From an uncultured candidate division Zixibacteria bacterium (GTDB lineage: Bacteria; Zixibacteria; MSB-5A5; UBA10806; 4484-95), in NCBI GenBank assembly GCA_963668625.2, contig CAXXKA010000008.1, positions 320,001-384,000 on the forward strand: DNA of 64,000 nucleotides, in the 5' to 3' direction. The notes beneath the pieces were generated by a model. The model was not told the origin of the DNA and ran no database searches. It worked only from the letters and a program-made list of their open reading frames with translations. The stretch's first letter is position 1, and every line of letters begins with the position of its first letter. Shown piece after piece: positions 32,712 to 41,955 of the stretch. The translations under genes were made by a program, and so were the position numbers.

Positions 32712-34067
32712 GTGATGAATTATTTAAAAGCAATCGTATTAATCACCTCAGTATTATTTCTGATGTCAGTATCATTTGCGACAATTATCAATGTTCCTGA
32801 TAACTACCCCACTATTCAGCAGGGTATAGATTCAAGCTCTGATGGTGACACGGTGCTTGTGCAGCCGGGAACGTATTATGAGAATATCAATTTCAACGGA
32901 CATAAGTGCGTGCTGGGCTCGATGTGTTTGACTACCACGGATTCCAGCTATATCAGCCAAACAATAATTGATGGCGATTCGTCAGGCTCGGTAATTACTT
33001 TTGAAAGCGGGGAAGATAGTACAACTGTTATTCTCGGATTTACTATTCAATCAGGATATTCAGGTAGCGGAGGAGGAATAGATTGTGTTAATTCATCACC
33101 TAAAATACTATTTAATTATATTCGTGATAATATAATCAATGGAATATGGGGCGCCGGTATACATTGTAGTAATTCATCATCTGTAATTTTAAGTAATCGC
33201 ATCACGAATAATTGGGTAGATAATGGTAGCTCTGGGGCAGCTTATGGAGCAGGCATTTGTTCAGAAAACTCAAATCTAGTAATTCAAAATAACATAATAT
33301 TTGCCAACACGGCCTCAGCTGCTTTTTGGTCCGAGGGGGCGGGTATATACTGCGTAAATTCCCATGTATTAATAACGAATAATGTTATTTGTGATAATCA
33401 CAGCTATGCAGTAAATGGGGCCGGGGCAGGTGGGATCGCTGGTTACAACTCCTATGTAATGATTCTAAATACTATAATCAGAGGCAATACTAACGATTAT
33501 GAGAATTGCCAGGTCTTCGGGAATTGGGATTTATTCTATTCAAATATCGAGGATGGCTACGAAGGCGAAGGCAATATCGATATTGATCCGCTCTTTCGCG
33601 ATCCCGAAAACGGCGATTTCCATCTCATGGCAACTTACTGCGGTGATCCCTATGATTCGCCATGCATAGATATGGGCAAGCCATCAATATTGGATACATT
33701 ACTGGATTGCAGTTGGGGACTCGGCACCGAGCGTTCCGATATGGGAGCTTACGCCGGTGGCGAGGGCACTGTTGGTATTGATGATCCAGTAGCGCAAATC
33801 CCTGAAACAATTCTTCTCTCTCAAAACTACCCCAACCCATTCAACGCCTCAACTATTATTAGATATGAGCTGCCGCAACAATCACAGGTCACTCTTGATA
33901 TCTACGACATTCTCGGCAGGCAGGTAATCACGCTTGAGGATGGTATCAAAACCGCCGGGAGCCATCAAGTGATATGGCAGGCTGAGGATATTTCCTCCGG
34001 GGTGTATTTTTATAAGATTCAAGCCGGGGAATATGTCGAAACCCAAAAAATGATGCTGGTGAAATAA
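32712..34067 (+). CDS. Secreted right-handed beta-helix protein with T9SS/FlgD-type C-terminal domain
   Basis: VPDNYPTIQQGID...GTY.EN, repeated GxGI.C..S...I.NN.I, QNYPNPFN...KMMLVK. Confidence 0.85.
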   Translation: MMNYLKAIVLITSVLFLMSVSFATIINVPDNYPTIQQGIDSSSDGDTVLVQPGTYYENINFNGHKCVLGSMCLTTTDSSYISQTIIDGDSSGSVITFESGEDSTTVILGFTIQSGYSGSGGGIDCVNSSPKILFNYIRDNIINGIWGAGIHCSNSSSVILSNRITNNWVDNGSSGAAYGAGICSENSNLVIQNNIIFANTASAAFWSEGAGIYCVNSHVLITNNVICDNHSYAVNGAGAGGIAGYNSYVMILNTIIRGNTNDYENCQVFGNWDLFYSNIEDGYEGEGNIDIDPLFRDPENGDFHLMATYCGDPYDSPCIDMGKPSILDTLLDCSWGLGTERSDMGAYAGGEGTVGIDDPVAQIPETILLSQNYPNPFNASTIIRYELPQQSQVTLDIYDILGRQVITLEDGIKTAGSHQVIWQAEDISSGVYFYKIQAGEYVETQKMMLVK

Positions 34068-34109
34068 ACAAGGGGCAAATAGGAACATCCGCCGCCCACA
34101 ATATCTGAT

Positions 34110-35150
34110 TTATCTTAAAAGCTCAATAGCGTATTCCAATTGAGGGTCTATCCCATTTTCGATATCCTCGGCTGTTTGCTCGATTCGAATATCAGGCGCT
34201 ACCCCCAACCATTCCCAGGGCAAGTTGTCATACCGTCTGATATCAACCGTCCCAACCGAGATAAGCTTGCCGCTGGGCAGTTCGTAGTCCATCACGCCGT
34301 TCCCCGTACTCCAACCTCCTGCCGAGCCACCACCGGTGGTATCACCAACTGCCGTTACCTGCGGTAGTTGCTTAAGTATCTCCGTTGTCATCTCACCGGC
34401 GCTGTAAGTAGCGCCGTTAATCAGCACCACCACCGGATTCGTATAGATAAATGGCTCGCCGGGTTGAAAGGGTGGGTCCTCGATTAACTCACCCAGGAGG
34501 TATAACGCGGGTCGGTTCAAAGGCCCGGTCATGAATCTTGTCACTACCGCCTCGACATTGCCATAGTCTCCGCCTCTTTTCTGGCGAATATCGATTATCA
34601 GTCCTTGCGTGTCTCTCATGTATTCGAGCACACCGGGGAACTCCACCAGAAGGTAATTCTCGTGAAAATCGGAAAGGAAAATATAGCCGATATTATCAGG
34701 TAATATCTCGTATTCGGCAGAGCCGCTGTCTGTCACTTTCAGTGGCCGGTCGAAATATTTCCTGACCACGAACGGGCTGTAAGCGTGACGGTCTTTAATC
34801 AGGCGAGGCATGACATAGGGATAAACCTCTCCTCCGCCATTGGTATGGTAATATACGTGACCGTCGGCAAGCTCTTCCAGAAGATCGTGAAGTACGAAAT
34901 ATATCTCATCTCCTCGGGCGTTTTGCGCTCTCGGCAGGTATGCATTATACAGCGAATCCCAGTTTATGCCTTTGAATTCGAGATATGGATAAACCTCGTT
35001 AACCCGATTCCAGGTCGCCTCGAAATCCTCGACATTGAAATTCGTGTTCGGCTCCTGTACTATGTTTTCACAAGCGATTAATAAAACCAATAATAATACG
35101 AAGATAATATATGACGTCCCACTCACGAATGAATATGACTTAAAATTCAT
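34110..35150 (-). CDS. S41-family peptidase, lipoprotein
   Basis: LIAC lipobox, L.DGH, IIDIR...GG, TYSAGE catalytic Ser, GDTTGGG, GVAPD, DPQLE.A. Confidence 0.9.
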   Translation of the reverse strand: MNFKSYSFVSGTSYIIFVLLLVLLIACENIVQEPNTNFNVEDFEATWNRVNEVYPYLEFKGINWDSLYNAYLPRAQNARGDEIYFVLHDLLEELADGHVYYHTNGGGEVYPYVMPRLIKDRHAYSPFVVRKYFDRPLKVTDSGSAEYEILPDNIGYIFLSDFHENYLLVEFPGVLEYMRDTQGLIIDIRQKRGGDYGNVEAVVTRFMTGPLNRPALYLLGELIEDPPFQPGEPFIYTNPVVVLINGATYSAGEMTTEILKQLPQVTAVGDTTGGGSAGGWSTGNGVMDYELPSGKLISVGTVDIRRYDNLPWEWLGVAPDIRIEQTAEDIENGIDPQLEYAIELLR

Positions 35151-35916
35151 ATCTGACCCCCAGTATAATATTATCGCTGGCGGAGAGAAGCGGTTGCCAG
35201 GCGCTTATCCTGGTAAGTTCCATGCGATAGGCAAGCTCGAATGAGAGTTGATCGATAACCCGATACCGCCCGCCCAGGCTGTATGATAAGTTCGTTCCGG
35301 AAAACAGTGTGAGGATTTTCACCGTGTTTTCATCCTCTTCCTCCATATCAACCAGCCTGAAACCAAGCGAAAGTACATCGACCTTGCAAGAAGATTCGAT
35401 CAGGAAGTAATCGTTAAGCGGATAGATGATTTCTGCATTTACAGCCGCGGCAAACAAAGCCGCCGAGGACTGGGCGTAATCGTAACCCGAAACCGCGATA
35501 TCGGGTTTGTTGTAGAAAAAATAGAACTCCGAACCCGGGCCTAGATATATATAAATATCTTTCGAAAACAGTGAACGTTTGGTAAACGGATATAAAAATC
35601 CCTGGTCGAACGCGAACTGGTATATTTCGGTCGAGACATTATAGTTTTCGATAGCCGAGGAGTAGCGGAATTCCATATCCAAATTGTAGATATACTTATC
35701 ATGTGCCCGTGACCAGCCGACACGGTAGTAGGGCAAAGTGCCGGAGTATTTCTCCTCGGATATATACTCATCCCTGACAGAGTAATTACCAAGCCCGCTC
35801 TCGAAAGTTATGCCACCGCTATATATATCTTTGAAATTCCCATTAGCCTGCGCGTTGGCAGATGTTGAAAAGCTGAAAACAAATATCAACCATGATATAT
35901 ATAAAACTACTCGCAT
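35140..35916 (-). CDS. Outer-membrane beta-barrel-like protein, coupled to the S41 peptidase
   Basis: Signal peptide, alternating aromatic strands, C-terminal GVRYEF; overlaps the start of the peptidase. Confidence 0.7.
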   Translation of the reverse strand: MRVVLYISWLIFVFSFSTSANAQANGNFKDIYSGGITFESGLGNYSVRDEYISEEKYSGTLPYYRVGWSRAHDKYIYNLDMEFRYSSAIENYNVSTEIYQFAFDQGFLYPFTKRSLFSKDIYIYLGPGSEFYFFYNKPDIAVSGYDYAQSSAALFAAAVNAEIIYPLNDYFLIESSCKVDVLSLGFRLVDMEEEDENTVKILTLFSGTNLSYSLGGRYRVIDQLSFELAYRMELTRISAWQPLLSASDNIILGVRYEF

Positions 35917-36167
35917 CCCTCACCTCATATTACGATTACATTTATCTTAATTTACCAGTTTCATCCGTACTATACGTAGAAATAGTAGATATTGGCAACG
36001 AAAAGATTTTGCCAGGGGAAAAAACACCTCGAACATCACTTAACCGCAGCCTTTATAAACCACATTCGCCTGAACGGAAGTATCTATGAAACAGTTATTG
36101 ATATTGAATTAAAATATCAATTTCGATACAATTATGAACTATAAACCTGAACCACAGGATAACATAT

Positions 36168-36403
36168 ATGGCTAAATACCGTAACAGGTGCCGCAATTAT
36201 CCGATGAGGTTTATCTCACCGATGTCGGACTGGAGACAACGCTACTTTTTAGTGATGGTTTCGAGTTGCCGGAGTTCGCGGCATTCGATCTTCTAAAATA
36301 TAAAAGGGGCGAGACTGCAATTCGCAAATATTATCGCAAGTATATAGATATCGCTAAAAGCCAAGGTGTAGGATTTATTCTAGAAAACGCTGCATGGCGT
36401 TGA
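36168..36403 (+). pseudogene. Frameshifted, truncated homocysteine S-methyltransferase family gene
   Basis: ATG at 36168 (MAKYRN) is out of frame with PQLSDEVYLTDVGLETTL..PEFAAF..GFILE..WR; stops after about 75 codons. Confidence 0.7.
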
Positions 36404-36568
36404 GGTATATCCAAGATGCGGGTTCAGTGTTTACTGATTGCGACCGTAATAAATTTTAAGAGGCTAGCCAGCTTTTTATTATCTTTACTGGCTGCAAAAC
36501 GCCGATTTTGGAACTCACCGTATTTGAATAACTTTATTTTGACTTTCTAAATATAACAAAAGCAAATC

Positions 36569-36767
36569 GAAACGGAGTTTCTAAAACAAAAGCATTACCA
36601 AACAGAGTTTGGTAACGAGTAATAAAATTTTTAATTTGACTTTTTCGATAGACAAATCAAAATCGAAACTAAATTTCTCTAATACATCAGTTTCCAAATC
36701 GGAGTCTGGAAACAAGAATATAAATAGCAATGCTTCGCTTTAAACGTACACACCGGCTAAACCGGTG
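36569..36767. repeat. Cluster of short REP-like palindromes
   Basis: GAAACGGAGTTTC, TTACCAAACAGAGTTTGGTAA, TTTCCAAATCGGAGTCTGGAAA, CACCGGCTAAACCGGTG. Confidence 0.55.
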
Positions 36768-36782
36768 GTTTTTAGGATCAAT

Positions 36783-36812
36783 AAAAAACCCCTCTCATCG
36801 AGAGGGGTAAAA
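36783..36812 (-). terminator. Terminator downstream of 36908-37528
   Basis: ACCCCTCTC-GAT-GAGAGGGG-TTTTTT on minus strand. Confidence 0.7.
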
Positions 36813-36907
36813 CACTAACACCATTCAATCAGCTTTTTATTATTCTTCGTATTATCTTACTGCTCAGAGGCTGGTAGACATCCCCGTCTGCCTCAATATA
36901 AGCGAAA

Positions 36908-37528
36908 TTAATGCCCGTATGATTTAATCATCTGCAATACGTTTTGTAATGAGTTGGTAACATCCGATAAAACTTTGGAGTACCGTTTCAACAACTCGGT
37001 ATACTGCCAGCGCATCGAAAACGCTTTTTCCGGGAATTCGAAAATCTCGAGTAAGGTTTTCTTATAGATCTCATCGATATACTGCAATACGTAGAAAGGA
37101 TACTCGGGAATGTTGGGATCGTTAACCTGTCCCTTGGAAATCTTATCCCGATACAGCTCGATTTTCTCCAGAACGATAGTCCCGAAACACCAGGGGGTCA
37201 TCAGGGAGGAACTGTTGGTGGAATCGGCATAATACTTATAGACATTTTTCAGAAGCTGCTCGATTACGATGAGCCTGGCCCGGTAAAACGATAACGTTTC
37301 CTCATGTTCGGCGGAGGTAGAAGCTAGTTTCTCTTTAGTCGCTTTGTATTCTCTCAAAGCGCGTTCTTCGGTTTTCTCGAGGAATTTATAATACAGATTG
37401 ATATAGACCTTGATATTCTCGCTGGTAGTATAGATATAGAATCCACCCTCATCCTTGCCGATCCGGGAATCGCGGGTCTTTTTCAGCGTCTCCTCTGTGA
37501 AACCTCTGTCAAGACTGTTAGTTAACAT
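36908..37528 (-). CDS. Hypothetical alpha-helical protein
   Basis: 206-aa ORF, AAGGAG RBS, host-like codon usage, no recognised motif. Confidence 0.8.
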   Translation of the reverse strand: MLTNSLDRGFTEETLKKTRDSRIGKDEGGFYIYTTSENIKVYINLYYKFLEKTEERALREYKATKEKLASTSAEHEETLSFYRARLIVIEQLLKNVYKYYADSTNSSSLMTPWCFGTIVLEKIELYRDKISKGQVNDPNIPEYPFYVLQYIDEIYKKTLLEIFEFPEKAFSMRWQYTELLKRYSKVLSDVTNSLQNVLQMIKSYGH

Positions 37529-37567
37529 TACTCTCTCCTTATGACTGTCAATTCTACAGTCTTTTAA

Positions 37568-37583
37568 TGCAAATCGCGTGCCC
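37568..37583 (-). promoter_or_regulatory. Sigma54 (-24/-12) promoter
   Basis: Minus strand GGGCACGCGATTTGCA matches TGGCACG-N4-TTGCW; about 40 nt upstream of the ATG at 37528. Confidence 0.7.
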
Positions 37584-37920
37584 GAAAATAACTACCTTTT
37601 GCCCCTGTCTCTTTTTCCCCATTTTTTTGTATAATACGTTTTATGTTAACCGGTTATCTAATTTACATTGAATGAATCGTATTAACCTGCGCTTAATATA
37701 AGGTTCAATTGTTAAAAAGGCAATAGTAAAACAATTGTATAATGAAATATCTTGCACGCATATTGCAAATGGTAAACCTGCGAAATCACCCCCTTTTTGC
37801 ATGCGGTGGAAGGAGTCATTTCCTGCCACCTGTATTCATGCAGTGTTTCGTCAGGAAAAGATTCCTAACGACGCATTTGGTAGACCTTTTCTATATAATT
37901 ATACGCTTGATGCAGTCGAT

Positions 37921-38925
37921 TTATTTGCTGAAAAGACCTTTTTTATAAGAAAAGATCGAAAATAGCCCGCCCGTGTGTATAAACACCACGTTAGTTTTAC
38001 GTTTCAACTTGTGTTTCTTGATAGTATCGAACAAGCCAAGCATTGCCTTGCCGGTATAGGCGGGATCGAATATCACCCCGGAGTTGGCGGCCACGGTTTT
38101 GATAAAACTCGCCTCCCTTTTACCGATTTTAGCGTATCCAGGCCCGATATAACTATCATCAATATTCAAATCAGAGGGGTGTATATCAAGGTTAAGGTCG
38201 TTCTCCTCGATGAAATTCTCCACTAATGAGCCAATCTTATTGATAAAATACTCGGTATCGTGACAGACCGCATAGCCGAGGATTTTAACCGGCCAGTTGA
38301 GATATAGCGAGGCGATATACAGCCCGGCGTATGTTCCGCCCGAGCCAACCGCGCAGGCGATATAATCGACAGTGATACCGGCCTTATCGAGTTGCTTTTT
38401 CAACTCGATACCGGCGGTCACATAACCCCACATACCGATAGTGTTGGAGGCGCCGGAGGGGATAATGTATGGTTTCCTGCCCTGATGCAGAAGGTAGTCG
38501 GCGCGCTTGTTCATGATATCATCTATTTCGTTTTCATATTGCTTGCTGGTCAGGTACTTTATCTTGGCGTTGAAAAGCGTGTCCAGCAGGATGTTGCCAT
38601 CGGGGATTTTGGTTGGTTTGCCCTCGAGATACAGCTCGCAGTCGAGGCCGGCGCGGGCACAGATAGCAGCGGTTGCCCGGCAATGATTGGAGCGAATTCC
38701 GCCACAGGTGATAATAGTATCGGATTTGCGGGAGACGGCATCATACAGGACGAACTCAAGCTTACGGATTTTATTACCGGAAAGCTCCGAGCCGGTCATA
38801 TCATCCCGTTTTAAAAAGATGTTAACGCCCGACTTGGGATCGGGCGAGAGACCCAGCGCCTCGATAGGCGTGGGAGTCATAGCCAGTTGGAACCGCGGCG
38901 GCGGTTTGAGTTTCTTACGAGCCAT
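37921..38925 (-). CDS. dcyD: D-cysteine desulfhydrase / ACC deaminase family PLP enzyme
   Basis: KRDD...SGNKIRKLEF, SNHCR, GSGGT, DP.YTGKA, HTGG; ATG at 38925 (MARKK) preferred. Confidence 0.88.
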   Translation of the reverse strand: MARKKLKPPPRFQLAMTPTPIEALGLSPDPKSGVNIFLKRDDMTGSELSGNKIRKLEFVLYDAVSRKSDTIITCGGIRSNHCRATAAICARAGLDCELYLEGKPTKIPDGNILLDTLFNAKIKYLTSKQYENEIDDIMNKRADYLLHQGRKPYIIPSGASNTIGMWGYVTAGIELKKQLDKAGITVDYIACAVGSGGTYAGLYIASLYLNWPVKILGYAVCHDTEYFINKIGSLVENFIEENDLNLDIHPSDLNIDDSYIGPGYAKIGKREASFIKTVAANSGVIFDPAYTGKAMLGLFDTIKKHKLKRKTNVVFIHTGGLFSIFSYKKGLFSK

Positions 38926-38931
38926 GCCGGG

Positions 38932-38961
38932 ATTATAGGGGGTAGGTGGCTGGGATTGCAA
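38932..38961 (-). promoter_or_regulatory. Sigma70 promoter, probably leaderless
   Basis: TTGCAA-N18-TATAAT-N6-ATG, no Shine-Dalgarno. Confidence 0.6.
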
Positions 38962-38986
38962 GGGGGGAAATTGGGAAATATTATTA

Positions 38987-39589
38987 TTACTCGGGTAGCC
39001 AAAAGTCCAAATTTCGCGACGCCTTACCTAACTTGGGGAATTGGGGCCCTGTAGGATTCTTATACTTCCCCTCATACTTTCCATCACCTTCGGTTTTGTG
39101 CAATACCAATTGAGCGATTGGCATACCAGGATATAAAACGATTGGTACTTCACCTAGATTAACTATTTCAAGCGTAATTGATCCTTTAAAACCTGGATCC
39201 ACTTTTGTTGCGGTTGCTATTACTAAACCAGTTCTTCCCCATGTTGATTTGCCGATAACATAAGCCATTAAATCTTCAGGTATAGATATGTATTCAAGAT
39301 TAGAACTTAAAACCAATTGATTGGGGTGAATTGTGAATTTATCGCGAATTTTTATTCGAATTCTTTGTTGATATGAGTGAATATCTTTCTTTATTTCATC
39401 TTGCTTATATATATCGAGGCAACCAACAATCCTTTTCTTTAATAATATATATTCTGTACCTAACCGCAAATCTATTGAAGAACTTGCTATTACTTCATCG
39501 GCATCTAATAATGGAGTTATGACAAGCCTTTTATTAATATTAGGTTCTATAATTCTGTCAATAATTTCTGTTCTTTTTAAAACGCCCAT
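38987..39589 (-). CDS. dcd: dCTP deaminase, trimeric dUTPase superfamily
   Basis: SSIDLRLG, GKSTWGRTGL (conserved Ser/Arg), VDPGFKGSITLEIVN (catalytic Glu), LYPGMPIAQL, Y.GKY. Confidence 0.92.
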   Translation of the reverse strand: MGVLKRTEIIDRIIEPNINKRLVITPLLDADEVIASSSIDLRLGTEYILLKKRIVGCLDIYKQDEIKKDIHSYQQRIRIKIRDKFTIHPNQLVLSSNLEYISIPEDLMAYVIGKSTWGRTGLVIATATKVDPGFKGSITLEIVNLGEVPIVLYPGMPIAQLVLHKTEGDGKYEGKYKNPTGPQFPKLGKASRNLDFWLPE

Positions 39590-39590
39590 A

Positions 39591-41147
39591 TTATTTATTA
39601 TGATTGAGATTGAATTGTTTTTCTAAATCTGAGAATTCTATTCCCTTTAGCGTAATTCTATCTAATAAATCCTTGAAATGTAAAAGATCACTACTAATGT
39701 TATCATCATTTAAAAGCTCACCATTATAACACAAATTGTATATCCAGCTTGAATTCAATATCTCAGCTACTGAGCATAGTTTATGATCATAAAGATTCTC
39801 TTCAATAGCATTTGGAGGAATTTGGTTTTCCAGCCTTTCCATTAAATCATCCATATTGGAATATAGATCCTTAACTGTTAGAGCATGTTGATTGATACTA
39901 TTATAGATTTCATTTTTAAGTTCGTCTAGTTCTTTAAAAATGAGTTTATGATAAACAATATTACAAAGATCGTTATTTTTAATGTTTTCTTCATCTGCTT
40001 TTTTACTAATTGTTTTTTTAATTGATTGAATAAATTGTTTAAAGCATTCCTGAAGTTGAAGTGGAACATTTGAAGGGTTTAGATAATCACCTTTCTCTAG
40101 ATAATTGTATATAAGCCTTAGTCGTAATCTACGGGGGGGATAATAATTACTTTCTTTTTTGGGGATATCATCGATATTTTGATTGACGCTAAAAAAATAG
40201 AGTGACATTAAAAAACTTGGTCCAAATAGCAACACTCCCACGAAATCTGCAGCAAGTTCATTTAAACCTTTTTTCCATATTTCTTGAGCTTCGTTTATAA
40301 AATACCTAAATGTTTCCATGATATGTTTCATTGAAATTTGATTCTCGTTTTTTATTTGAGCTTGATCAAATAAGTCAAGATTATATCTTGACTTGTGATA
40401 ACCATGCCAATATTCAATTATTCTGTCTCTTAATTCACTTGATTTATTGTTAAAGAACTTTTGAGTTAGTATTCCATCTAAAATCAAATGACCTATCTCA
40501 TGGCCAATAATACAATGCATAATAATATTCTTTTTATCAATACCGGGAAACGAAAATATATATAATGAGTTTTGACACCAGTCACAATTTACTGAATCGT
40601 CAGGTTTTCGGCATCTAAATATCTTTTTGTCTATTTCTTCATTTGTGTGTTGAAACTCAAGTTTCGTTAATCGATCAATCAATATATTTCTATAATAGCT
40701 AGATATGTCGATGGGTCTTACACTGAAATTATATGTCCATTGAGGTCGAAATAGTAATTTTTTATTAAAATCATTTGTTATTTCCTGTAATAACCGTTCA
40801 ATACTAGGAACAATACTCCATGGGACTTTATGTGTTTGTGTACCATCAACAAATTTTAAATGGCTCCAAAACATTATTACCAATTCTTCCAAACCCAGTA
40901 TTTGCCTATGATAATGGATTATTTCGCTTTCATGGCTTTCATCTAAGTTCTGAACAATCTTTAAAATATTGATTATGTCAGCCTTTATAAATTCTGATGA
41001 TTTTTTTATAAGAACTAGAAATTCTATAGGCGTCTCAGTAGGATATTGTTTTGTTAATAATTCATTAATAAAATTATTAAGTTTTTCTATTTTTCTTACT
41101 GTTTCTACTATATAGAACTCAAGATTAGATTTGCTATCAATCCACAT
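39591..41147 (-). CDS. 518-aa hypothetical protein with gluzincin-like metallopeptidase motifs
   Basis: IGHEIGHL (HExxH), downstream ELAAD (third-ligand Glu), YPPRRLR; AT-rich; stop is 1 nt from the dcd start. Confidence 0.75.
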   Translation of the reverse strand: MWIDSKSNLEFYIVETVRKIEKLNNFINELLTKQYPTETPIEFLVLIKKSSEFIKADIINILKIVQNLDESHESEIIHYHRQILGLEELVIMFWSHLKFVDGTQTHKVPWSIVPSIERLLQEITNDFNKKLLFRPQWTYNFSVRPIDISSYYRNILIDRLTKLEFQHTNEEIDKKIFRCRKPDDSVNCDWCQNSLYIFSFPGIDKKNIIMHCIIGHEIGHLILDGILTQKFFNNKSSELRDRIIEYWHGYHKSRYNLDLFDQAQIKNENQISMKHIMETFRYFINEAQEIWKKGLNELAADFVGVLLFGPSFLMSLYFFSVNQNIDDIPKKESNYYPPRRLRLRLIYNYLEKGDYLNPSNVPLQLQECFKQFIQSIKKTISKKADEENIKNNDLCNIVYHKLIFKELDELKNEIYNSINQHALTVKDLYSNMDDLMERLENQIPPNAIEENLYDHKLCSVAEILNSSWIYNLCYNGELLNDDNISSDLLHFKDLLDRITLKGIEFSDLEKQFNLNHNK

Positions 41148-41161
41148 AAGAATATTATAAC

Positions 41162-41596
41162 TTATTTAAGGCAATTGGCTCGAATAAAAAATTGCTCTGT
41201 CAAGTTTTCAAAAAAAGTGGCTAAATGGTTTAGCTTATTTTTATCTAGGCTAGGATCTTGATTCAAAATTTTACTTAACGTTGATTCGTAGTCTTTTATT
41301 TTATCTATATCAACAGTTTCTTTTTCTTTAAAAAATAAACTAGCGGTATCATTAAAAATATCAATATCATAAGAAAGGTTTTCATGGTTAAAACCGCTTT
41401 CTGGATAAGGTGTCATAAAAGCGTAACCATTTCTTATACTTGTTAATAGAGAATATCCTTGTTCTAAAGTTAATAACTCATGCTCAGTACAGTTATTATT
41501 AGTAATGAATTTCTTTATAGCTAGCAAAACGGAAGATGATAACATCATATTAGCTAACGAATCAGAGCTAAGCGAATTACTCACCCCACCTTGCAT
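41162..41596 (-). CDS. Small hypothetical helical protein, first gene of the AT-rich operon
   Basis: TAAGGAGG RBS; 14-nt gap to the next gene. Confidence 0.75.
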   Translation of the reverse strand: MQGGVSNSLSSDSLANMMLSSSVLLAIKKFITNNNCTEHELLTLEQGYSLLTSIRNGYAFMTPYPESGFNHENLSYDIDIFNDTASLFFKEKETVDIDKIKDYESTLSKILNQDPSLDKNKLNHLATFFENLTEQFFIRANCLK

Positions 41597-41640
41597 AACA
41601 AACCTCCTTATTAAGCTGCTTTTATCAATGAATTATGTTT

Positions 41641-41669
41641 ATATTAAATTATCGGCGATATTTTGTCAA
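41641..41669 (-). promoter_or_regulatory. Sigma70 promoter of the three-gene island operon
   Basis: TTGACA-N17-TAATAT. Confidence 0.65.
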
Positions 41670-41955
41670 TAATTATTTAATTATTTATTTGCGTATTTCT
41701 TTATCTAGCAATAAATTAAGTTGATTTATCGTCCATTATTCCGATCCGTTGACTGATACTTCCGGGTATACATGGTATACGGTGTTTTTATAAAAACACA
41801 TACTAAACGAACAAATGACACAATTCAATCCCTTCCTCGACAATGACATCCCTATACTGCCTCCTCCCCCCCAAAAACATTCACCTTGCCCTCCCCACCC
41901 TATTCCCCCTATATTCGCCGCGTGAAATCGTAAATCGGGAAGGAATGAATCCGTT

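Noticed and set aside
37765-37880. Possible c-di-GMP riboswitch (GGTAAACC..GAAA)
   Set aside because: Lacks the matching stem and the downstream GCAAAGC part; it lies downstream of dcyD and is better explained as REP-like hairpins
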